The notes beneath the pieces were generated by a model, which had not been told where the DNA came from, made no database searches, and worked only from the letters and a program-made list of their open reading frames with translations. A stretch of 64,000 nt of DNA, from positions 6,820,001 through 6,884,000 of the forward strand of contig OZ361256.1 in NCBI GenBank assembly GCA_977018835.1. Reading direction: 5' to 3'. The translations under genes and the position numbers were made by a program. The stretch comes from Minutocellus sp. GHC0000111 (taxonomy: Eukaryota). The stretch's first letter is position 1. Every line of letters starts with the position of its first letter. Positions 11,278-21,008 of the stretch are shown here, piece by piece.

Positions 11278-12328
11278 CTAAACATGAATATGGCTCACCG
11301 GCGAGAACCTGCTGCAACTTCCGAACAACTTTCTCTCCGCCTTGATGTAGCAGCTCTTGCAGACACTTGCGGTGCTCACCGATGTGAAGCGGTAGGCATC
11401 ACGAGAGAGGTCATCCCGGGCCATCGAAACGAGGGAGTCCGGGTCAGCCCTGACAAGCTCCGATCGGGGATGGGCCGCCGGCCCATAGAGTCCATATAGA
11501 TAGATGCCTAGCGTGCCTCCCGACACAACCTCGACGATCTCACGGTCAGACGGCAGCACCAATCGGGGAGGGGACACAGGGTGGGCCGTGGGGCCGGATC
11601 CGACCACTGGGACCGGCTTTGGCGCCGCTCGGGAGCAATACAAGGCGCCGCAGGTGCCGCAACGGATCGTCGGCAGGCGCCGGGCGAAGAGCAGGCGCAG
11701 CCTGTTGCTCGCCAGGACCGCGAGGCGGGACTCCCAGAGGATCTCGTAGTACTGACCGCCGTCGATACAGGCCGTGATGGTGGCAACTGCCGTATCTACA
11801 AAGTCCTTGTAGGGCCGGTACGTAGCCCTGTTCACAAGGGTGACCCGCTCCATCATCCTCACGAGCTCCGGCTGGCCTGGATGATTGGCGAATGTGAATT
11901 CGTCATCACCAGCAGCGAGCTCATATTCGAAACAGCGGAGACGGTGGTGAGGAGGAAGGTCGAAGTACGAAGCAGCCATGAACAACAGGTCGGAAGGAAG
12001 CCCGGTGGCGGCAAGGACAGTATCCACGAGAATGTACATCGCCGCGCGGTAGATGCCGTAGATGGCGTTGTCGGCGACAACTCTGCCGCTGCTCCAGAAA
12101 TCCTCGGCGCTGACGGTGGTGGAAAGTAGGGAGGGTCGTGTCAAGGGCATCATGCGTTCTGCCATCTTCAACAGTGCCAGCACGACGAGGTTCGGGTGGT
12201 GCGGGACGCTGCGGAGGCCGTTCATCGCCTCCGGCATCCACTTCGCTCCGAGAAGGATGCGCATTGGTTGCCGTTGACGGCTTGGCGGAGGCTGCCTTGG
12301 GCGTCTTCATCCCGTACCACCGTTTCAA
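11278..12328 (-). CDS. Hypothetical protein with CxxC pairs; start uncertain or frameshifted
   Basis: 328-aa ORF 11278-12264 with CGTC and CKSC; an overlapping frame begins further upstream (to 12328). Confidence 0.4.
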
Positions 12329-13188
12329 TGCGACTTACTTCGTTCGGTCCGACGATCGGTTGAGTGAGGCGAGGATGGCTCCCGCCGATCCACCCAGAAA
12401 ATGAACCACCACGGAATCATTCTGGTTATCCGCCGTTCGTCAATCCTCGTTCTCATTCTTATTTTTCGCGCAAGGTGAGGAAAAAGAAACACCGAACGCA
12501 TTCATACTGTACGTGCACTTTGTGCCAGCCAGCAGACACGTTTTAGTAACCGTTCTCCGGACGCAGCGCTTTCCTTCGCAGCCAAAGCCTTCTGCGCACA
12601 GCAAAAGCATATCTTTGAACGCCCCTCGCATAAGTGGAGATTGGTTTCATTCATCGAGCGAGGGCAGCGAGGGCAGCTACCTGGTAGGACCTAGCTAGGC
12701 CTAGCTAGTAGTAGTTTTCCTACCTAGGTAGCTAGCTACGTAGCTCTACTACTACGTACCTAGTACCTAGGTAGGACCCTCCGGCGCGAAAAACCCGGGT
12801 TTTTGGGGGGGTCGTTTCGGCGAAGAGTTTCCGTTAGTAGGACTAACTTCCACGCGTTGACGCGAAACAAGATGTGTCGATAACTCAGGAAATATCAGGA
12901 ATTGAGATTTCGCGATGCCCAGCGATGGTTTCTCGCATCATGTGCTATCATGTGTCCAAATTTCAGCTTCAGAGCTCCATTTTTTTGAAAAGTCGTTTCG
13001 CCGCATTTTTCCCCGAGTTGTTCGTGCGTCCGGGTCGTAGGAATTCCTACTACGCGCTACCAAGTCCCTTGCGCGCGCTACGTAGCTCAGTCTGCTCAGT
13101 ATTTGCTCGGCGACGCTCGCTGTCTGACCGTCGCTGCCCCCTTTTAACCTTTCCCTTTTTCCCCTTCCCTTCGCGGCCCTTTTGTACC

Positions 13189-16172
13189 ATGGCAACGCAA
13201 GAACAAAAGCAGTGCAGCGCCAATAAAGAGCGGGCAATAATTTGCGTCTGGAATTGGAAAGTATCGGAGTCGTCCGGCGGAACAGACCTCGTCTCGGAAC
13301 TCCTCTCAACCGTCAAATCGTCGACCAACCACGTGAAATATTCGTTCGATGCCGTCACTGCCTGCGTGGTTGACAGATGGGGTGGAAAGACAACAGTAAT
13401 CCTCACCGGCGAGAATGCGATGCGCGCTGCCATCCGTCTCGTCTCCCTCCCATCCCATAGTGCGTTCCACCCCTGGAGCAATATCTCCGAGCACAATCGG
13501 GACTGGATATGCCCACGGATCTCGTGCCTGGATTGCAAACCGAACATTGGCGCGGCGGCAACCTGCCAAAATTGCGGTGGCGCCAGGCCTGATAATTTGC
13601 GGCACAGTTTGCAAATATGGGAGGAACAGACGGATGACCTTGTGACAGAATCGGGGGAACATCACGACGCAGAAGTCGGTGGAGATGAAAGTGAGACTAT
13701 CGATAGAAGGCAGCCGCTGAAATCCACCGGTCATTACTCAGGACCGGCCACCAAGAGGACACGCGTCGATGCTGTGCACATAGGATCGAACGCCGACGTT
13801 GGAGGTGCTTTGGCCCACCCCAACGCGGACAAAGAGAAGAGTCGGCTGACGGTATGGGGCTTCGTGCCTACCGGGGATCTGGTCGGCTCCATCCAATCAC
13901 TGTCGGCATCCCGTGCCCATTTCAACGGAAGGGTCTTGTTGGTCGACCAATACCACTCCAAAAGAGCCGTGGTCGTCCTTTCCGGTCGAAATGCCCACCG
14001 AGCGGCCCTCCTGCTGACCAATCTACCGGACGGTCCCAACCAACAATGCCCATGGCATGACATCAGCGAGCACCACCGTGAGTGGTATTGCCCTCGCATG
14101 TCGTGCATTGAAATTGAGATCGATCGGCCCAATATCGACACCAGCGGCGGGAAGAATCGTTCCGCTGCCCTGTGCCGGGGGTGCGGTTGCGCCAGACCCA
14201 AGAGTCTACTGGAATACTCGCGAATTTGGGAACGGGACGTTGCCAGAGGGATCGAAGAGGATCGGGCGTCCGAGCAGAAGCTGGGCAAGAATTTGGCCAG
14301 CGATGCCGCCGGTCGTAGCGGCATCGTCGGCGTCATGGCCAGGATGGCATCCCACAGCGCTGCGGCCTCGACTGGATCCCGCGGCACTGCTTCCGGAGAC
14401 CTACCCGCTGTTCATGTTACTAGTAGTACCTCGGCCTCCAGCTCCAAGACAGAGTTCGCCGCCTGGAGCAGAGCCCAGGCTGCGGCGGGAATGCAAAACC
14501 CGGTCGGTGATTCCCTATTGTCATCCTCCAGATTCTTTCTCAACCACGCCAAGGCCGATCTCACCTGCCTCCTTCCATCCGCGCCGAGAAGACGGATATG
14601 GGCCTTCGACACCAACCCGAACAGCGGTGCCAAGGGTTGGATATGGTCCGACTGCGTCGATACTTTCGTTGAGGTGTATCTTGAGCTTGACCCAACACAG
14701 CGGCACGCGTACGAGGTAGTCCCACCCAATGTTCCGTGCCGGATGGTCTATGATCTCGACATGTACATCGGGGGTGGCATCAACGCCGGCAGAGACGACG
14801 AGCAAATGGCGGCGGCCATCAGTGAGTGCAAATAGCTGGGAAACCGGAGACTTATGTGGTCCTGTATCGCTGGAGGTTCCTAACCATCCTCTCACACACA
14901 CAAAAAAACTCTCTCTTTATCACTCCCCCCCCCTCCTTGTTCCTCCTTCCTCCTTCCTCCTTCCATCTCTCTCTCCCTCTAGTCGAGACAACCCATCGCG
15001 TCATCAAGGCCAACTGGAAAGGTGCAGTTGGCGGCCCGCGATTCGAGAACGAGATCCTGGTCGCTCATGGACCTACCAAACGGTCCTACCACATCGTGGT
15101 CAAAATGTATGATGATACCACAGGCAAGGAGGTACTCCTCCGGAACTTCAATACTTGCAAGATTATAGCTAACATTGTCACTGACGCTCTTGGTACGTCA
15201 GTACTGGTCGATCGAAAGCCCGGGCACGGCGGCAAAGCCAACCCTGATGCCGCATCGTTCATAGATCTCGCCATTTACACCAAGGACCGCCCTTTCCGTT
15301 TGGTGTTCTCCAGCAAGATTACGAGTCCCAATCGACCGTTCGTGAATGGTGCGGCCAAGAACAATCGAGTCGACAAGACCGTCGTCATGGAAACCCTCGT
15401 AGTCCCTCCCGATACCAGGAAGTTGCAGGCAATTGACATCACAAACCCGAAGCTATCTCAAATACTGGTCTCGGCACCAAACAGAACCCATCCAGAGCTA
15501 GATGATACCAAAAGGGGTGACAATCTTGCCCATCAGACGAGCAGGGTGACTGCTCCTCAATTTCCCAAGTCGCGGGTGGTTTCCAACAATGCATGTAGTG
15601 CTGCTTTGGAGGGAGGCGGCAATCCGATGGCCGAGCCAAGGGGTCTTTCAATCGGAGCTAATTTGTCCAAAAACGCCCGGCCATTGCTTGGAGATCACGG
15701 AAGCACCGGAACAAATATCAATGCGACGAACAGCGCTCAGGACGAGCGCCCGCTCCTTGATTACGGGAAGGGGTGCGTGGCTAAGAAAGCGCTAGGCCAA
15801 TCAATCCCCCTTCCGTTCAAGACCCTCATTCCATGGGTGAGCCGACTTGCCGGGGATTTACCCGACGCCAAGAGAGATGGCCTGGCCATCCGAGCTGCAC
15901 ACTACGAGCACTCCGAGGACGAGGCTTACGTTCACTTTACAATCCGACGGGAATATGCCGCCTTCTGCCACTGCGTCGGTCGGCCCCATGCCGAGCAAAA
16001 CGTCATGATCACCATTGATTTGCTCGCCGGGGTTGCATATCAGCGCTGCTGGGATAGAAACTGCAAGGATGCAACCACCAAGGGAAGTGCCAGACATGTC
16101 TTGTCATGCCATTCTCCTCCGGGAGCTCTGCCCTCCAGAGACGCACTCAGTGAATTTAACTCGACACCTTAG
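13189..16172 (+). CDS. PRIMPOL: PrimPol-family primase-polymerase (AEP + UL52-type Zn finger) with a duplicated N-terminal module; exons 13189-14821 and 14983-16172
   Basis: RHAYEVVPPNVPCRMVYDLD (motif A), KRSYHIV (SxH), FIDLAIYTKDRPFRLVFSSK (motif C), Zn finger FCHCVGRPH...YQRCWDRNC. The GTGAGT...CTAG intron preserves frame. Confidence 0.85.
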
Positions 16173-16885
16173 AAGTTGCCTAATTCCAGCGACTGCAATG
16201 GCAACACGAATTAGAATCGACACCACTCACAATGCGTGCAGCACACGTGCACCTAGTGTGACATAAATGGTGAATACATGTAGTTGCTACAACATCAAGT
16301 TTAGTTTACTTGCGAACTTGCTTGTTCCCTGGGAGGAAGACAAGTAAACAGCAAGATAGCAAGTTGACAATCGAGGGACCGAGTTTAAGAATTAAAGTTT
16401 AAGAATCTAGATGTACACACAGACACGCGTGCTTTGGAACACCAGCCACAATGTTACATAATTGAGTTGATAGATCTACACACATGCTCCGTAGTAGGCT
16501 CTAATAATTGTTGATGTGTTGTTGACCTATTCGACCTCGACAATCTCATTCTGCACAAACTCTTTTCCGAAATGCTTTTCAGCTCCTACATGTACCTAGG
16601 TAGGATTCCTAGGTGTAGGAGTTCCTACCGGTAGATCTAGTGATCATCCTGCCAACAGAGTGAGTCAGCCAAACCGCGCCGCCGTTCCTAGCTAGATCTA
16701 CGTATTGGTCAATACCGATACTATTAGTACCACTGCCACTTCGTACGACGAAGCAGACGAATCGAAGCATGAATCGAATCGGTACATGTAGCAGTAGACT
16801 CTTCTACGTACGTAGTAGTAGTACGTAATAACGACTGTACCTACGTACGTAGCTACGTAGTTATGAATAACGCAGATGAGCGAGG

Positions 16886-17111
16886 GATCGCGATTAGGCC
16901 TTTGGCGATAGGGGGCGCAACCAGGGGCCGGAAGGGGGCGCGCCCCCGGGGGGCGCCCCCCACGCGTTGTAACTACTAACAAATTAGCCATAGATACCCA
17001 TGACCCAGATATTGTCACTAACTAACACCGTGTTGACCTCAGGCTGAGCTGACAGAGCAGTTTGGGGGGCGCGCCCCCGAGCCCCCTATCGCCAAAGGCC
17101 TAATCGCGATC
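16886..17111. repeat. 226-bp element bounded by perfect 31-bp inverted repeats (MITE-like or cruciform)
   Basis: gatcgcgattaggcctttggcgatagggggc (16886-16916) is the reverse complement of 17081-17111. Internal gggggcgcgccccc palindromes occur near both arms. Confidence 0.85.
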
Positions 17112-17235
17112 GCGAGATCGCGAGAGCCCAAAAATGCAAAAACAGAATAAGAACGCATGCGCATAGGCGAGGCAGCAGGAATGGAGCAGGAATGGATCGC
17201 CGACGCCACATTGCCGCTGAGTACTACGAAGCTAC

Positions 17236-18459
17236 GTGGCACCACGCCACGCCACAGAACCAATGAGAATCATCAACCGATTCTGTTGCTCTGGCTGCGG
17301 TAACATGCGATACGTGGACCTGGGAAAGTCCCGCTGCCTGACCGGAAACACATTTGGATACGCAGTGGGAAGCTCCCCATCCAAGATCGGCGACGAGATG
17401 TTGGGGGTGTTCTGCGAGATCTGTCAGGGTCTCACGAGCTGTGGATCCAGCTGTGCAGCGATAGAGCCATGCAGTACTTGCAGCATCTGGCGTTGTGATT
17501 CCTGTGCTATGCGATGCCCATGCGCGACGCTGAGCCACGACGATTTTGCGTCGTGCATCCACAAGGCAGCGAATGAGATCTCGGACAGAGGTCTAGAGGG
17601 ACTCGAGGATTCTCCGGCCTTCAAAAAAGGAAACAACAGCCTCCCTAGACTTGAAGTCAAAAATGGATGCGGTCGTTCCCAGTGCATGGCCATGTATGGA
17701 CGAACGCTGACGAGGCCTTTTCACGACGTGATGACGTTTGTCCAGCGCCGCCACCCCCAAGTGTCGGTTTTCGTGGATATCGGATCCGGCCTGGGGATCC
17801 AGGCCATGCAGGCGGCAGCGTGCTTTGGCATGAATTCCCGCGGGGTTGAGATAATGAGGGAGAGAAGCTCTCAAGCGAACAAGTTGTTCCAACACTTCGT
17901 GGAACTGCTTGACCTGGACATGCAGGAAAAGATGGCGCACGTTTCCTTGACGTGGGATGACTTTACCCGAGCGGCAGGACCAAGCGGAGACCAAGAATTG
18001 CTTTCTTTTTTGCTCGGAGGAACCGACAATGCAAAAGGTACGTCTGCTCCCTCCTTGATATTCTGCAACAATGCTGAGGACGTTTTTGGTCCCAGAAGCA
18101 GAAAAATTGGCCACAGGTCGCTGGACCAGCAGTTGGCAGAACTGCTGTGTTGAGCGTCAGCCGGAACGTGCCTCCTAACGGTGAATGACGTATGCCCATA
18201 CCTTGGCGGCGACGAGAGTTGGTACAGCAAGGAGAAAATCATCACGTCTTCCGCCGCCGTATCATGGACGACAAACCCCGTTACTCTACACCTTGTGAAA
18301 AAGAAAGACGAGGCGTGGGTTTGCTCGTGCCGTCACGTCAACCCACTCATCGACGATTTCACTGGCAGTGTGGTGCACCGCTGTTCTAAATGCCAGGTGG
18401 TGCCACTGCCGATGCGAACCAGATCGGCTGCTTGTGAGATTGCATCGACAAAGGTTTGA
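17236..18459 (+). pseudogene. DOT1-like histone H3K79 methyltransferase with an in-frame TGA at 18151-18153
   Basis: YGR, FVDIGSGLGIQAMQAA (SAM motif I), SRGVEIM and LIFCNNAEDVFG; Cys-rich N- and C-termini. ORF 18181-18459 continues in the same frame after the stop. Confidence 0.7.
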
Positions 18460-18989
18460 AAAAGAATTTTAGAATTTGGCATCCACACCTGCATAAAAAT
18501 AAACAAAAAATGGTCCATGTACTCTAGTAAATACTGCAAGCTTGTTGCTGCCTCTGGGAAGATGACGAACGGCTCGGGATGACCCTACAACCTCAATCGA
18601 GAGACGATTTCAAGACGAAGAAGGCGACGCGTTCTAAAATCACGGCATTACTAGAACCGCAAGACAAAGGTTGTTCGGTTTTCGTCAGGGGGGTAGTAGC
18701 ACTAGAATTTTGAGAGAATCGCTATCAAAGGTGCCGGAACAGTTTTTCCAAATTGACAGCCTTGATTTTAACGTCGCCGACGGGCACCACAACCACTACA
18801 AATGGCACTGTGCGTTGCATAGCTGTAACGAGTAGATCAATGCGGATATTGTGATGTCTTTACTTTTATTCTACGACCTGTGCATGGTGGATATTTGACA
18901 CCGATGTCTGCCAAGATGCCATTCGACATGCTAGCTAGCTAGTAAGTTTACTGACGTAGATTACATTTATTGCACAAAAGGCGGACTCC

Positions 18990-20399
18990 TCAGGCTCGGA
19001 TGTTCCGCAACATGTCCTTTGCATTTTCAAGTTGCTCCGTGTCCAGAAATCCGCCCTCCTTTGCACTGAGATCAACGGCCTTCTTCAGCCAATACTTGGC
19101 CCAGGGCCAGTCCAAGCGCAGTCCATGCTTCCCCTCGAAATAATACATACCAAAGAAGAAACAGCCGCAATCGGACTGCAAAGCCGCGGCAGCGGCGACC
19201 AGCGTAATGCCTTTCGCTTCATTCTTCGTCGTTCCATTCCCCTCCGCGATGGCATTTCCAGCGTAGGCCATGCCGTGGCCGTCCATCCTTTCCGCGGCCA
19301 TGCTGAACCAGCGGAAGGCCGTCTTCGCGTCCTTCCTTGACTCCAGAAAGGAAAAGATACCTGCTCCATATCCCTTGCCAAGCATGCACATTGCCTCGGA
19401 ATCGTTGTTGCGGAGGGCGCACAATTCCAGGTCGCATGCGGCGGCCTTGTCCTTCCAGTACTCCGCTTGCCTTGGACAAGGCTCAAGGCCATGCATGCCA
19501 GTCTTGTACCAGGTGGCCAGCAACCTCATGGCGCCTACATCCTTCTCTCCGGCCCTCTTTTTGAGGCTGGCCACCTGGTTCTGCAGTTGATACCGATCGG
19601 CAACATCGCGACCGAAGGCGCCGCTCTGGACCATGTACCGGATGATATTTCGAACGACGATCGCGTCGGTCAGTTTGTTCCCCATTGGGAGATTCGTCTT
19701 GGGTGATCGCAGGATGCGATTGGTGCCAGACGATCGCACGTGCTCGAAATATTTCTGAATGGACTCCCGCTCGTATTGAAAGCCATCCTCGGCAGTGACG
19801 GGGTCCACCAGAAGTTCGTGAGATATGGGACACTTGACCTCCTCGGAAATGGCAGTTCCGAGCGTCCGAAGCTGCGGATCATCCGAAGCCGCAAACACGC
19901 TCTCTCGACCACCTGGCATCATTTCGCCGGCGCCTCGTTTCGGTGCTCTCGACGATGGGAGGCCAGAAGTGGTGCCGGTGGCTGCATTGCCCTCGCTAAC
20001 ATTGCTCCCTCCCTCCCCGCCAACACCCGCGGAGTTTGCGTCGAGGCCATTGGGGTTGCCGATGATCCGCCCGTATCGGACGATCACATCTACATCCAGA
20101 AGGATGACGACGGTGCGGCTCTGAATCAGATTGGCCATGTAGTCCTTCACCCGGATTACGTCGTGTTCTGCCAACATTCTCGTCTCTATCAGATGGTTCA
20201 TCTGTGCGGCTGCCAAACCCTGAACGAGGTTCTCTCCGTCCGACAGCACAAGTCGACACCGAGTGGTTCGGTTCACTACATCGCTGCTGGCAGACAACTT
20301 GATAATACGGACAACTTGGACAACGACGAAGACCGATTCGCTACTGATTTCTTCCGTTAGGGTCTGCGCCGCGCCTCTCGTCAAGGAGGGGACTTCCAT
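18990..20399 (-). CDS. Fusion: RPA1 N-terminal OB-fold + U-box + Sel1-like repeats
   Basis: SLTRGA...VVQVVRIIKL...RCRLVLSDGENLVQGLAAAQMNHL (RPA70N-like); CPISHELLVDPVTAEDGFQYERESI...SPKTNLPM (U-box); AMCMLGKGYGAG...AFRWFSMAAE (Sel1). Confidence 0.8.
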   Translation of the reverse strand: MEVPSLTRGAAQTLTEEISSESVFVVVQVVRIIKLSASSDVVNRTTRCRLVLSDGENLVQGLAAAQMNHLIETRMLAEHDVIRVKDYMANLIQSRTVVILLDVDVIVRYGRIIGNPNGLDANSAGVGGEGGSNVSEGNAATGTTSGLPSSRAPKRGAGEMMPGGRESVFAASDDPQLRTLGTAISEEVKCPISHELLVDPVTAEDGFQYERESIQKYFEHVRSSGTNRILRSPKTNLPMGNKLTDAIVVRNIIRYMVQSGAFGRDVADRYQLQNQVASLKKRAGEKDVGAMRLLATWYKTGMHGLEPCPRQAEYWKDKAAACDLELCALRNNDSEAMCMLGKGYGAGIFSFLESRKDAKTAFRWFSMAAERMDGHGMAYAGNAIAEGNGTTKNEAKGITLVAAAAALQSDCGCFFFGMYYFEGKHGLRLDWPWAKYWLKKAVDLSAKEGGFLDTEQLENAKDMLRNIRA

Positions 20400-21008
20400 G
20401 GCGACGAGAGGGCACACGGCAGCACTCAGATGAAAAGAAGCCACCAAATTATGATTCGATTCTGCGTGCGTGTGAGCAGGAATTCCCTGCCAGAACAACT
20501 CGACTGGGTCGTCTTTATACTGCAAAATGGAACGAGCAACCCTTTCTTCTTATTGTCTTCGGACCCCCCCCCCCCCCCCCCGGCCCCGCAACCCGCAACC
20601 CGCAACAAGGAATGAGAACGAACAGTCGTAATCTGCAGAGCCGCCTGTGCCGTCCAGCGTCCAGCCGTCCCGCGCGCCACCGCTCATCACGCACCCGCCC
20701 GCCCAACCGTGTTCCCAGTTTCGAAGTTCAACAATGCGTCATCAGGAAAGCGGCGTGACGCGCGCCTGGGTGGCGTGGCACATTCTAATATTCTACTACT
20801 AGTACGTACCAAGGTAGTACCTAGGTATTCTCATTCGATCATTCTTCGCCATGTCGATCGGGAGAAACATGCTACGTAGCATGGAATATGGAATACGAAC
20901 GCCAGAACGCCAGATTGCGGCCATGCCCTTTACCGAGCACACACAATCGGCGGTAGAGCAATTTGCTCAAAGCAATGTTGTTGGAACGCAACCAAGCGCA
21001 AAGGACCA

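Noticed and set aside
12874..13188. Upstream extension of the PrimPol ORF (similarly for the U-box gene, eIF2A and ataxin-2)
   Set aside because: Non-ATG or UTR-like, low-complexity leaders; downstream ATGs fit better.
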